Assembly (NCBI RefSeq): GCF_009914755.1
Contig: NC_060926.1
From: the human T2T-CHM13v2.0 reference genome, Homo sapiens
DNA: 64,000 bases
Direction: 5' to 3' (one strand)
The position numbers and the translations under genes are program-made. Below the pieces are notes generated by a model that was given only the letters and a program-made list of their open reading frames with translations, made no database searches and had not been told where the DNA came from. Shown in pieces: positions 31,723 to 46,019 of this stretch (the first letter of the stretch is position 1; every line of letters begins with the position of its first letter).

Positions 31723-32126
31723 CTTCAAGTTTTCTAGAGCTGTCATAACAAAGTACCACAGACTAGGTGATTTAAAAACAAAAATTTATTTTCTTATAGT
31801 TCTGGAGGCTAGAAGTTTATAATCAAGGTATCATCAGGTTTGGTTTCTTCTGAAGCCCCTTTTCCTAGCTTATAGATGGCTGCCTTCTTGCTATGTCTTA
31901 AAATGTCTTTCCTCTGTGCATGCACATGTCTGGTGTCCATGTGTCCATATTTCCTCTTCTTATAAGGACACCAGTCAGACTGAATAAGCACCCAACCTAA
32001 TAGTTTCATTTTGCTTAATAACCTGTTTAAAGACACTAACTCCAAATACAGTCACTTTCGAGGTACTAGGGGTTGGGCCTTCAACATAAGACTATGGGGG
32101 AAATAGAACTGATAACATCTCATAAC
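31722..32126 (-). mobile_element. MLT1A-type solo LTR
   Basis: gctgtcataacaaagtaccacagactaggtg...tccaaatacagtcactttcgaggtactagggg...cataaca. Confidence 0.85.
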
Positions 32127-35084
32127 ACACTCTGTCCTCTCTCTCTTTCTCTTATCTCTAGCTATATATTTATGTATATAAAATTTCCAGATATTTGTAT
32201 CTATTTTTGTAATATACATTTTTCTGACTAATTTTATGATATTCTTATTTTTGGTTTTCAACAGTTTGACTAGATATATTATCTCTTTATTTTTGGTTAT
32301 CAGCATTTTTAATATTTGTATCTAGATATGGTCTTATATGTGCTATTGTGCCTTGTATTTGCTGTGCTTTTTGAAGTTTCTGTTCTTTTCCATACTTTAG
32401 AAGTTTTCAGCCCTATAACCTCAAATACTTTTTCTACCCCAGTTTCTTTCTCTGGTCCCTTTGGAAATCCAATTACACATGATAGACCACTTGATTTTCC
32501 ATTACAGATCAGTGAAGCTCTTTTGTTTTTTGTTTTTTTTGTTGTTTTTATCTCTGTTTTTAAGATTGGATAATTTGTAAACACCACACACAATGATCAT
32601 TATCTCCAAAAGTCTGTTTATCAATTTTAGTAAATTTATTTTATACACTGTACCTCTAAATTCTTAAATTTCTGGTTTGCTTCTTTTAATTTCTTATTTC
32701 TATGATCAGATTCTCCATATAACCAATCATTTTGATAATATTTTCATTTGCATCTTAAATATGTTTTTAAATAGCTGCTATGAAGTCCTTATCTGGAAAT
32801 TTCAACATATGAGCTATCTTAGAATCCATTTTTATTGACTGGTTTCCTCTTAAATATTAGTTTCTCCCCCGACTTCTTCCTATACCTAGTAACTTTTATT
32901 GTATACTGGACAAGGTAGATGGCACTTTGTAGAAACTCTGGATTCTGTTAACTTGCTCTGAAGAGTGATTTTTGTTTTTCAGACAGTTAAAGCATTGGTT
33001 GTTAACTATGGACTATGGGGGCTTGACTTTATATTTTATTAGGAGAGATTTGTTTTGGGTTTGTTCTTTGTCCAAGATAAATGCTTTAGTCCTGCTATAT
33101 CATCTGTATTCTGAAAGTGTTGTCTTCTGGTGTTTCACTGGGAAGAACACAAATTCAAACTTTCATCTTCCTTTGGTGTGAAGAAACTGAGATATTTGCC
33201 TAGCTCATTCAGTCTTCTATTTGATGTTTTACACTATTACCATTACAGTCTTCTCCATGCATGCACAGTTTAGGAAATGGTTAATAATTTGAGAATGATT
33301 ATACACAGATTTGGGGGCTATCCCTTCTGTGTCCTCTTAATTTCCAGAATTTTCACCCTGAATTTCCAGCAGCTGCAATGGTCTCAAACTCTGTCCTGAG
33401 ACCTCAAGGCACTGAGATGCTCATCAGTTTTCTGCTAGAGTTCTAGTCACCCAGTACTATATGGATTGAAGTGGATTGTAGTAGAAATGTGGAACTCACT
33501 TTTAAGTAATGCCTCTTAATTTTATGCCTGTATTTATTTAATCTTGCATGCCTTAAAAACTTTATTCAGAATTTATTTTTCTTGTCCAAGAGAGAATAGG
33601 TTATACCAGTAAAAGCTACTCTACCATAACCAAATCAAAACCTCTCAACTTATATTTGTGAGCAAGGAAAAATTACCAACTAAAGAATGATAAGATGACA
33701 GGGGAAAATATATATGATAGTGATATGCTGATTTCTTACATGGTATATGTAAAGTGCCTTTCAGTAGGTTCTTGAGTTTCAGCAATCTGGTTTTTTATTT
33801 GAACAAATGTTAGGAATATCAGGTAGTTCCAACCAAGTGTAAACTAAGTTGATACAAACAGAAAAAGTAAAAGCAACATAAAATTTGGCTTTATAGCAAC
33901 ATGTTAAAATCTTATTTTTAGATTAAGTCTCACATAAAGTTTGCTAATTCTACTGCTACATGGAATCATTTCAGTTACTGCATCTAAGACTTCAAAGGAA
34001 GAATAAATAATACAAAACTTTTAAATGTTTTATCACATTCTGTGAAAAAATAAGATTTTCCTTCTTATGGCTGATAGAATTATTCTATTAATAATAAAAT
34101 GTCAGGCAGTGATCACTGTGTGCAGCTGCACCAGTAAACCATATAAGGATATGTTTAGAGGATATTCGTGAGAAACTATTGGTGTCCACATATGTCATTT
34201 TCTGTTGTTTAAAATTCTCCTGAAACTGAAAAATTCTTGCAAACAGCTTTACCTGTCAGAAAGTAGAGTAATCAGCAGTTCACCTTCACCGACAAGGCTC
34301 AATCTCATAAAGCAAAATTTGTACTCATAATTTTAGGACAATTTTCTTTTGCTTTCACAAATAATTTCAAAAAATTAAAATTAAGTCTTCCTTACAGATA
34401 GCTGTATGAAAGTTCGTTCTAGCAAAATGTATTAAATAGAAATACAATTATGTTCAAAGAATGAATTAATGAGCATCTCAGTGTAAACACTAAATTTTTC
34501 TGCTATGCTCATATTGTGTCCTACTTTTTCTCATTCCTAAGCTTGGGCCTTTGTTCATAAGCTCTCCCCTTCTTATTGGGCTTGTAAATGAAAAGGCTGC
34601 CTCTGAAATAAGTAAAAAGTAATTTTATGGAAAAATAATTTTACACAATTAAATGCTTCTTTTAAAGATAAACATTATGTGCACAATTATGGCCTTTTAA
34701 GCTGTTATACCTTATTAAGGAAATCTGTATGCATATTTTATTTTTTCAACCTAGCCTTGTTTACCAAGTAGACCAGAAATATGCAATACAAGTTTGAAAA
34801 GCATATTACATCTAAGAAAAAATTATTATAATTGATCGGTTATACATAAAATTTTGTTTGAATTTTTTCTTTATCTTAAATGTTTATTCCTGATAGATTT
34901 AAATTTTTTAGATATTTTTCTAAAATATTTAGCTATTATTTAAAAGTCATCCTTCCAGCTTCTAACCACTGGTCCAGATATAATACAGTGAAAATACTAA
35001 TGCTAACTCAAAATGGTACTGGCTAAGACGTTTTCAGGATTGCTCAGTTTGATCAGTTATTTTGGACATTATCTCTCTGTATGG

Positions 35085-35370
<286 letters not shown>

Positions 35371-38300
35371 CTACAATGTACATACATGTGTGCATATTTT
35401 TCTAATGTCTTCATCACATGCCCTTGTTATCTCCCACCCCCCTTTGTCATCTCTCTCTTCTCTCCACCCACCCTCCATTCTCCCAGCCTATTATTTCAAT
35501 TTCACAAGTAATTATTTTGCTAGTGGCCTTCTTTATAATTTATCACACTTTCTGAGTAGATTCAATTACTGGCCTTCGATTGCCTTCTAGGCACAAGTCT
35601 TCTCTTCAAATTCTGTTTACTGTCAAATATTTCCCCCTTGCCTGTCAATCAGGCGGAATATATTGGACTTCCTGGTATTCCTTTGCACCTACTGGTGTGA
35701 AAAACAGAGAGACAAGGCATGCCTCAAGTAAAGAAAAGTGTGTATCATCCAGCTACGGGCTCTTTTTGAGGAATTGTTATGTCAGCTCCTCATCTTCTTT
35801 AGTATTTATTTTTTCTTATTGCTCCTTCTTCTGAGAGATATTTACAGTTTTCAATAATTTGTATCTTCTTGAACTCTTATTACAATATGTTGCACATAGC
35901 ATTGTAGTTGTTTTTGTTTCTTGTATCTTGTTATGCATATGAGTGACCAATCATCTAATTCTGTTTTGTACTTTGGGGTAATTAGCACATGAATCATATG
36001 TTATCTAAGACACCTAAAAATAATTTTGCTATTTAAATAATATAAATTGCATTAATAAAATTACACAATTGAAAAGTTTGATTGATTATGCTTTAGTTAT
36101 ATTACCTATTTCTGTTACTTGTCTGTCCCATAGCAGCTGTTAATTTTGAGTTGCATTCATATAGTGATTAAATATTTTTCATGTAAATACAACAGGCAAA
36201 TATGAAATTGTAAAGCTGTAGCTTTCTTGGATTTAGAGGGGTGAAGTTTATGCAATTCATAGTTATTGGGCACAGACAGGTGCATATCATTTGTTATCAT
36301 CTACTTGCCAAGTGCTGCTTGCCAGAGCCAGAGCCACATCCATTATTTTGTTCAAATCCTGTAAATTTGTTGAAACATTCAAGAGGCTATATGGTGAGGC
36401 AATGTCAACAATGGTTAATTTAAAAAACTATTATATGACTAGATGTTTGGCATAGTGGTGAACACTCTAGATTGCAATTAGATTTCAACTCTTGATAACA
36501 AGCCAAATCAACTCTGTTGGCATTGCTTCCTGGCTGTGCTATGTTGAATAGGATGTCAAGGGCCTTTTCTGTTTCAAGAGAGAGTGATGGATTAGTGCTC
36601 AAGGAACTAGGAGTGACAGCATTTTTTTCTCTACATTTTCCAGCACGGGTGTAGACCAAAGCACTATTGACTTACATAATTTGTTCACTTTATTATTATC
36701 ATACTTTAGGTTCTGGGATACATGTGCACAACATGCAGGTTTGTTACCCAGGTATACATGTGACAGGTGGTTTGGTGCACCCATCAACCCATCATCTATG
36801 TTTTAAGCCCTGCATGCATTAGGTATTTGTCCTAAGGCTATCCCTCCCCTTTCCCCCCATGCCCTGACAGGCCCCGTGTGTGATGTTCCCCTCCCTGTGT
36901 CCATGTGTTCTCATTGTTCAACTCCCACTTATGAGTGAGAACATGTAGTGTTTGGTTTTCTGTAACTGTATTAGTTTGCTGAGAATGACAGTTTCTATAT
37001 ACCCAGTAATGGGTATATACCCAAAGGAATTGCCACACTGTCTTCCACAATGGTTGAACTAATTTACACTCCTACCAACAGTGTAAAAGCATTCCTATTT
37101 CTCCGCATCCTTGCCAGCATCTGTTTCCAGACTTTTTGATGATTGCCATTCTAACTGGGGTGAGATGGTATCTCATTGTGGTTTTGATTGGCACATCTCT
37201 AATGACTGGTGATGATGAGCTTTTTTTCATGTTTGTTGGCCGCATAAATGTCTTCTTTTGAGAAGTATCTGTTCATATCCTTTGTCCACTTTTTAACGGA
37301 GTTGGTTTTTTTTCTTGTAAACTGGTTTAAGATCCTTGTAGATACTGGATATTAGCCCGTTGTCAGATGGATAGATTGAAAAAATTTTTGCCCATTCTGT
37401 AGGTTGCTTGTTCACTCTGACAATAGTTTCTTTTGCTGTGCAGAAGGTCTTTAGTTTAACTAGATCCCGTTTGTCAATTTTGGCTTTCATTGCAATTGCT
37501 TTTGGTGTTTAAGCGATGAAGTCTTTGCCCATGCCTATGTCCTGAATGGTATTGCCTAGGTTTTCTTCTAGGGTTTTTCTGGTTTCAGGTCTTACATTTA
37601 AGTCTTTAATCCATCTTTAGTTAATATTTACGTAAGGTGTAAGGAAGGGGTCTAATTTCAGTTTTCTGCATATGGCTAGCCAGTTTTCCCAGCACAACTT
37701 TATTATATAAGGAATCCTTTCCCCATTGCTTGTTTTTGTCAGATTTGTCGAAGATCAGATGGTTGTAGATGTGTGGTGTTATTTCTGAGGCCTCTGTTCT
37801 GTTCCATTGGTCTATATATCTCTTTTAGTACCAGTACCATGCTGTTTTGGTTACTGTAGACTTGTAGCATAGTTTAAAGTCAGGTAGCGTGATGCCTCCA
37901 GCTTTGTTCTTTTTGCTCAGAATTGTCTTGGCTATATGGGCTCTTTTTGGTTCCATATGAAATTTAAAGTAGTTTTTTCTAATTCTGTGAAGAAAGTCAA
38001 TGGTAGCTTGAGGGGAATAGCATTGAATCTATAAATTACTTTGGGCAGTATGGCAATTTTCACAATATTGATTTTTCCTATCCATGAGCATAGAATATTT
38101 TTCCATTTGTTTGTGTCCTCTCTTATTTTCTTGAGCACTGGTTTGTAGTTCTCCTTGAAGAGGTCCTTCATGTCCCTTGTAAGTCGTATTCCTAGGTATT
38201 TTATTCTCTTTGTAGCAATTGTGAATGGGAGTTCACTCATGATTTCACTCTCTATTACTGGTGTATAGGAATGCTTGTGATTTTTGCACATTGATTTTTA

Positions 38301-40033
38301 TCCTGAGATTTTGCTGAAGTTGCTTATCAGCTTAAGGAGATTTGGGGCTGAGACAAAGAGGTTTTCTAAATGTACAATTATGTCATCTACTAACAGAGAC
38401 AATTTGACTGCCTCTCTTCCTATTTGAATACCCTTTATTTCTTCCTCTTGCCTGATTGCTCTGGCCAGAACTTCCAATACTATGTTGAATAGGAGGGGTG
38501 AGAGAGGGCACCCTTGTTTTACACTGGTTTTCCAAGTGAATGCTGCCAGTTTTTGCCCATTTAGTATGATATTGGCTATGGGTTTGTCATAAATAGCTCT
38601 TATTATTTTGAGATATGTTCCATCAATACTGAGTGTTTTTAGCATGAAGGGCTGTTGAATTTTATTCAAAAGCCTTTTCTGCATCTATTGAGATAATCAT
38701 GTGGTTTTATCATTGGTTCTATTTATGTGATGGATTACATTTATTGATTTGCATATGTTGAACCAGCCTTGCATCCCAGGGATGAAGCCGACTTGATCAT
38801 GGTGAATAAGCTTTTTGATATGCTGCTGGATTTGGTTTGCCAGTATTTTATTGAGGATTTTTGTGTGGATGTTCATCAGGGATATTGGCCTGAAGTTTTC
38901 TTTTTTTGTTGTGTCTCTAACAGGTTTTGGTATTAGGATGATGCTGGCCTCAAAAAATGAGTTAGAGAGGAGTCCCTCTTTTTCTACTGTTTGGAATAGT
39001 TTCAGAAGGAGTGGTACCAGCTCCTCTTTGTACCTCTGGTAGAATTCAGCTGTGAATGTGTCTGGTCCTGAGCTTTATTTGCTTGGTAGGCTATTAATAA
39101 CTGCCTCAATTTCAGAACTTGTTATGGGTCTATTCAGGAATTCAAACTCTTCCTGGTTTAGTCTTGGGAGGGTGCATGTGTCCAGGAATTTATCCATTTC
39201 TTCTAGATCCTCTAGTTTATTTGTGTAGAGGTGTGTATAGTATTCTCTGATGGTAGTTTGTGTTTCTGTGGGATCAGTGATGATATCCTCTTTACCATTT
39301 TTTATTGTGTCTATTTGAGTCTTCTCTCTTTTCTTCTCTATTAGTTTGGCTAGTGGTCTATCTATTTTGTTAATCTTTTCAAAAAAACCTGGATTCATTG
39401 ATTTTTTTGCACTGTTTTTGGTGTCTCTATCTCCTTCGGTTCCGCTCTGATCTTAGTTATTTCTTGTCTTCTGCTAACTTTTGACTTTGTTTGCTCTTGC
39501 TTCTCTAGTTCTTTTAATTGTGGTGTTAGGGTGTTGATTTTATATCTTTCCCACTTTCTGATTTGGGAATTTCATGCTATAAATTTCCCTCTAAACACTG
39601 CTTTAGCTGTGTCCCAGAGATTCTGGTATGTTGTGTCTTTGTTCTCATTGGTTTCAAAGAACTTTCTGATTTCTGCCTTAATTTTGGTATTTACCCAGTA
39701 GTCATTCAGGAGCAGGTTGTTCAGTTTCAATGTAGTTCTGCGGTTTTCAGTGCGTTTCTTAATCCTGAGTTCTAATTTGATTGCACTGTGGTCTAAGAGA
39801 CTGTTTGTTATGATTTCCATTCTTTTGCATTTGCTGAGGAGTGTTTTGCTTCCAATTATGTGGTCAATTTTAGAATAAGTGCTATGTGGTGCTGAGAATA
39901 ATGTACATGCTGTTGATTTGGGGTTGAGAGTTCCATAGATGTCAATTAGGTCTGCTTGGTCCAGAGCTGAGTGCAAGTCCTGAACATCCTTGTTAATTTT
40001 TGGTCTCATTGATCTGTCTAATATTGACAGGGG

Positions 40034-40550
40034 TGTTAGGAGCAGGCCCCCCAAAATCTGGCCATAAACTGGCCCCAAAACTGGCCATAAACAAAATTTC
40101 TGCAGCACTGTAACATGTTTATAATGGCCCTAATGCCCATGCTGGAAGGTTGTGGGTTTAGGGGAATGAGGGCAAGGAACATCTGGCCCGCCCAGGGCGG
40201 GAAACCGCTTAAAGGCATTATTAAGCCATAAACAATAGCATGAGCGATCTGTGCCTTAAGGACACGCTCCTGCTGCAGTTAACTAGCCCAACCTATTCTT
40301 TTAATTCGGCCCATCCCTTCGTTTCCCATAAGGAATACTTTTAGTTAATTTAATATCTACAGAAACAATGCTAATGACTGGTTTGCTGTTAATAAATATG
40401 TCGGTAAATCTCTGTTTGGGGCTCTCAGCTCTGAAGGCTGTGAAACCCCTGATTTCCCACTTCACACCTCTATATTTCTGTGTGTGTGTGTGTCTTTAAT
40501 TCCTCTAGCGCTGCTGGGTTAGGGTCTCCCTGACCGAGCTGGTCTCCGCA
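40034..40550 (+). mobile_element. MER9a (HERV-K9/HML-3) solo LTR in the L1 endonuclease region
   Basis: tgttaggagcaggccccccaaaatctggccataaactggcccc...gagctggtctccgca. 6-bp TSD cagggg/caggag. Confidence 0.93.
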
Positions 40551-42798
40551 CAGGAGAGTCTTAAAGTTTCCTACTAATACTGTGTGAGAGTCTAAAATCT
40601 CTTTGTAGGTCTCTAAGAACTTGCTTTATGAATCTGGGTGCTCCTGTATTGGGTGCATATATATTTAGGATAGTTAGCTCTTCTTGTTGCATTGATCCCT
40701 TTACCACTATGTAATGCCCTTCTTTGTGTTTTTTGATCTTTGTTGGTTTAAAGTCTGTTTTAGCAGAGACTAGGATTGCAACTCCTGCTTTATTTGCTTT
40801 CTATTTGCTTGGTAAATATTTCTCCATCCCTTTATTTTAAGCCTATGTGTGTATTTGCACGTGAGATGGGTCTCATGAATACAGCACACTGATGGGTTTT
40901 GATTCTTTATCCAATTTGCCAGTCTTTGTCTTTTAATTGGGGAATTTAGTCCATTTACATTTAAGGTTCATATTGTTATGTGTGAATTTCATCCTGCCAT
41001 TATGATGCTTGCTGGTTATTTTGTACATCAGTTGATGCAGTTTCTTCATAGCATTGATGGTCTCTACAATTTGGTATGTTTTCGCAGTGGCTAGTACTGG
41101 TTTTTCCTTTCCATATTTAGTGCTTCCTTCAGGAGCTCTTATAAGGCAAGCCTGGTGGTGACAAAATCCTTCAGCATTTGCTTGTATGTAAAGGATTTTA
41201 TTTCTCCTTCACTTATGAAGCTTAGTTTGGCTGGATATGAAATTCTGGTTTGAAAATTATTTTCTTTAAGAATGTTGAATATTGGCCCCCACTCTTTTCT
41301 GGCTTGTAGGGTTTCTGCAGAGAGATCTGCTGTTAGTCTGATGGGCTTCCTTTTGTGGGTATCCTGACCTTTCTCTGTGGCTGCCCTTAATATTTTTTCC
41401 TTTGTTTCAACCTTGGAGAACCTGATGATTATGTGTCTTGGGGTTGCTCTTCTTGAGGAGAATCTTAGTGGTGTTCTCTGTATTTCCTGAATTTGGATGT
41501 TGGGCTGTCTTGCTAGTTTGGGAAGTTCTCCTGCATAATATCCTGAAGGGTGTTTTCCAACTTGGTTCCATTCTCCCTGTCACTTTCAAGTACACCATTC
41601 AATTGTAGGTTTGGTCTTTTCACACAGTACCATATTTCTTGGAGGCTTTGTTCATTCCTTTTCATTCTTTTTTCTCTAATCTTGTCTTCATGCTTTATTT
41701 CATTAAATTAATTTTCAATCTCTCATATTCTTTCTTCTGCTTGATAGATTTGGCTATTGATTCTTGTGTATGCTTCAAGAAGTTCTCATGCTGTGTTTTT
41801 CACCTCCATCAGGTCATTTATGTGCTTTTCTAAACTGGTTATTCTAGTTAGCAGTTCCTTTAACCTTTTATCAAGGTTCTTAGCTTCCTTGAATGGGGTT
41901 AGAACATGCTCCTTTAGCTCAGAGGAGTTTATTATTACCTACCTTCTGAAGCCTCTACTTCTGTCAATTCATCAAACTCATTCTCCGTCCAGTTTTGCAC
42001 CCTTGCGGGAGAGGAGTTAAAATCATTTGGAGGAGAAGAGGCATTCTGGTTTTTGGAATTTTCAGCATTTTTGTGCTAGTTTTTCCTCATCTTCATGAAC
42101 TCATCTACCTTTGGTCTTTGATGCTTACGACTTTTGGATGGGGTTTTTGAGTGGGCATCCTTTTTGCTGATGTTGATGTTATTGCTTTCTGTTTGTTAGT
42201 TTTCCTTCTAACAGTCAGGCCCCTCTTCTGCACGTCTGCTGGAGTTTGCTGGAGGTCCACTCCAGATGCTGTTTGCCTGGGTATCACCAGCAGAGGCTGC
42301 AGAACAGCAAAGATTGCTGCCTATTCCTTCCTCTGGAAGCTTCATCCCAGAGGGGCACCCACCAGATGCCAGCCGGAGCTCTCCTGCATGAGGTGTCTGT
42401 CAACCCCTGCTGGGATGTGTCTCTCAGTCATGAGGCACAGGGGCCAGGGACCCACTTGAGGAGGCAGTGTGTCCCTTAGCCGAGCTCTAGTGCTATGCTG
42501 GGAGATCCATTGCTCCCTACAGAGCTGGCAGGCAGGAAAGTTTAAGTCTGCTGAAGCTGCGCCCATAGCCACCCCTTCCCCCAGGTGCTCTGTCCCAGGG
42601 AGATAGGCGTTTTATCTATAAGCCCCCGACTGGGACTGCTGCCTTTCTTTCAGAGATACCCTGCGCAGTGCAGAAGAATCTAGAGAGGCAGTTGTGCCCC
42701 AGCTGCTTTGCTGTGCTGAGATGACTTCCACACAGTTCGAACCTCTTGGCAGCTTCCTTAATACTGTGAAGGAAAAACTGCCTACTTAAGCCTCAGTA

Positions 42799-42930
42799 AT
42801 GGCAGATGCCCCTCCCCGCACCAAGCTAGAGCATCCCAGGTCGACTTCAGACTGCTGTGCTGGCAGTGAGAATTTAAAGCCAGTGGTTCTTAGTTTGCTG
42901 GGCTCCCTGGGAGTGGGACCCGCTGAATGA
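42799..42930 (+). pseudogene. L1 antisense ORF0 homolog, 43 aa, early stop
   Basis: gtaATGG start. Translates MADAPPRTKLEHPRSTSDCCAGSENLKPVVLSLLGSLGVGPAE*, versus recalled ORF0 MAGAPPPASLPPCSLISDCCASNQRDSVGVGPSE. Confidence 0.7.
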
Positions 42931-45900
42931 GATCACTTGGCTCCCTGGCTTCAGCCCCCTTTCCAGGGCAGTGAATGGTTCTTTCTGGCTGGGGTTCCAG
43001 GCACCGCTGGGGTATGAAGGAAAAAAAAAACATCCTGTGTCTAGCTCAATGTCTGCCAAAATAGCCACCCATTTTTGTGCTTGAAACCCAGGACCCTGGT
43101 GGCGTAGGCACACAAAGGAATCTCCTGATCTGCAGGTTGCAAACACCGTGGGATAAGCCTCGTATCTGGGCCAACAGCAGAGTCCCTCACAGCTTTCCTT
43201 GGCTAGAGGAGGGAGGGCCCCAGCCCCTTGCACTTCCTGGGTGAGGCAACACCCCACCCTGCTTCTGCTTGCCCTCTGTGGGCTGCACCCACTGTCTAAC
43301 CAGTCCCAGTGAAATGAACTGGGTAGCTCAGTTGGAAATGCAGAAACCACCCACCTTCTGCATTGGTCTCCCTGGGAGCTGCAGACCAGAACTGTTCCTA
43401 TTCAGTCATCTTGCCTGATCCTCTGTTCAGTGTTTTTATAGTATGATGCTGTGAGCTCATGACTATTAGTACACCTCAAAATAAATTATTTTCAAATGGT
43501 AAAACCATCTTACAAAGAAAAGACTGGAGTACTCAGATAAAATATATCAAATAGTCATAAATAAAGTAAAAGTTCTTAATGTGTAAAGGAAAGACTGGAC
43601 TGTCATATATACAAAGAAAGGGTTTTCCAGAAGTGGAAATTAGGAAAAGAGAAAAATTCTGAAAAGTGTTGGCTTGACAGATGAAGCAAATTGATGGTTA
43701 TTTAGTATTGCTAGACAATGATTAAAGAAGAAATGCTGAAATGTTACAAATTCAAGTTTTAAAAATCAGAAAGACAGAAAGAGATCAGGGTGCCTGTTAA
43801 ACATTGGGTTGGAAATTATCATCCTTTCTTCCAAACGATTATTAATTCAGCTTCTGTTTGGCTTTTTGAAAGGACAAGAAACTCATTATCTCGTAAGCAA
43901 GCCTCTATCCTTGTTACACAGTTTTAATTGTCATTTAAAAAAATTAACAAATATATCTACCAATGAAATTTCTACACATCAGTAGACTTTTGAGAATTAA
44001 AGACAAAGGACAGGCTTAAAAATTATGCCTTATCATAAAATATATTTTATTATCTGCTTTTATTGAACAGTGAAACTTTTCTCTGTTTCTAGCTGTATGA
44101 AGACATCAATATAAAAATAAAACAAGAAAGGAAATAAGCAATCTAAGACTGTGACTTTCCAGTCTCATTCAGGTTTTAAGTTTGAGGTAAAGATACACAT
44201 ACTTCTTTTAACATTTCTTATTGGTGAAAAACTCCATAATTTTTCCTTCCCTTACTAAGTAAGTATAAGAAAACAAAGGTCAGTGTTCTTGCTAACCAAG
44301 CTTTAAGATATAGCTCGTACGTGTATTAAGAGTCTTCAAATCCACAGTGAGGCCTCATTTGTTTGGATGTTTGTACAGCCAATTTAACGTGGCTTCATTA
44401 TTAAACGCTCTGCTGACTGTTCCAAGTGTTTTCTACCTTTCTTGATTGATAATAAAGTGACTTTGTGATGGTGAGTCAAGTGGTGTGCAGAGGTGGATTA
44501 GGCTGTGCTTCCCCTCTTTCCTTATCACCTGCTTCCCTCCAGTATTCTCTACATATCTCTTCTTCCCCAGGACATTCCAGAGGTTTTCTTACTTGGATTT
44601 CTAAGAAGTTATCCTCTATAAATAGCCCCGTTCTTTCCTACCCAGGACTGATTAAAAAAAAAAAAGGAAAGAAAAGAAAACTAAAGCGAAAGAATGATAA
44701 CAAAGGGAAAAATGTACTGCTTTAGATACTGACAGTGAACAGATTACTGCATGGTATTAGATTTGTCTGGTAGACTACTATACTCACCACCTCTACCCTA
44801 CAGGTTGCTGGCAACTCTGGATCATCAGCCTAGGCTGCCTCCCAAAGAGGTAACGCTCTTGTAACCTTAATGAAGTGAGTGTCTCTGCAGCAGATAGCTT
44901 GCTCTCAAGAGAAGAAAGGCAGGGGTAAGCCAAGCATGCCTGGTTGATTGCCTCAAATTTGCCAGTCAGTTAACTTATCTCACTTTTCCAATGACCAAGA
45001 GAGGTGAACAGTATGCTGAGCAAAAAATTCTTCCTCATGGAAGCCAGGAAGAGGAACTTAAAATAAATCTCTTAACATGTTCAATGAAAAGAAATGTGGG
45101 GCCGGATCTCTCTCTATCCTTTCTGGAAGCTGCAGAGCAGTGTTTACTTCCAAGAACCTGCTTTTCCAAGGGGACTTCAGATATGCTTGAGAAATATTAG
45201 TTGATTATCTTTTTAGCCTATTTTAACTAGTTTCTTCTCCAGCTTTTAAATTTCATGTTCTAGGGGCAGGTTCTAGCACCCAAAACTCCACAATAAATGC
45301 TGGGCGTGGCCATTGTGTTCTAACATCCATGCCTCTGCAGCTGTTTATTAGTGGTTAATTCTTTCTTTCATTATTTTGTATTAAGTCCAGATGTTAAGAT
45401 ATCTACTTATAAAGAGGTAATTTCTATCATGACTACCTTAGAATCATAGAACCTTAGAGCATAGAGGTTCTTAGTAAACATCTAATCATAGACTCACATT
45501 TTTCACATATAGAAAATGAAGTCAAGGCACAAACTCATATGAGGTCACAAAATTAAGATAAAATGCTTTTTAAAAGAAAACAACTATTTTCTGATTATGA
45601 AACATAAAATGTATTAAGCAACTCAGATATATATACTTCAGATATGTATCTCTGTATATATGCATATCTCAATATCTCAAGTAAGATTTATAACACTCTA
45701 CCTCTTCTATGAGGTTTATACCATAATTTTCCTAATTTTATTGATACAGAATTAAAGTTCAAAGAACTTATGAATATGCCCAAGATCACAAACTTACTAA
45801 TTAGCATATTTCTGATTTGAACTTTTCTGACTTAGAGACCTGTGTTCTTCATAGAAAATTTGGAAACTATAAAACTGTGTGAAAAAGACTGAGACAATAC

Positions 45901-46019
45901 AAAATTCTAAGATCTAGAAATATCTGTCATCAACAATTTGGTTGTTATTATAATATTTTTTCTACTTTATATGGATTTTATATCATTGAAATTGTTGTTT
46001 TAGTATATATTTTCTACTC

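Larger units (their letters stand above)
30129..33650 (-). mobile_element. Old L1M 5' part (5'UTR/ORF1/early ORF2), interrupted by HSMAR2 and MLT1A
   Basis: Reverse strand reads ...aaagaaactgatttataattaacaaatttccaataaataatcttcaacccaaatggcaaattttattaatcatttaagaaataa (ORF2 linker). ORF1-like text at 32300-32600 (PKGPEKETGVEKVFE). Confidence 0.7.
36689..43422 (-). mobile_element. Near full-length L1PA8-like LINE-1 (5'UTR, ORF1, ORF2, 3'UTR), inactivated
   Basis: 3'UTR has ttttaagccctgcatgcattagg (PA8-type). ORF2 fragments at 37932-38291, 38298-38684, 39075-39398 and 39572-40030 (endonuclease, LDH for SDH). 5'UTR ends ...gttcctattcagtcatcttg. Confidence 0.93.

Noticed and set aside
42105-43350. 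Several 60-158 aa ORFs
   Set aside because: Chance frames in the GC-rich L1 5'UTR.
36681-43436. TSD for the L1PA8-like element
   Set aside because: Only tgttca plus T-rich bases are shared between the flanks, too little to call with confidence.
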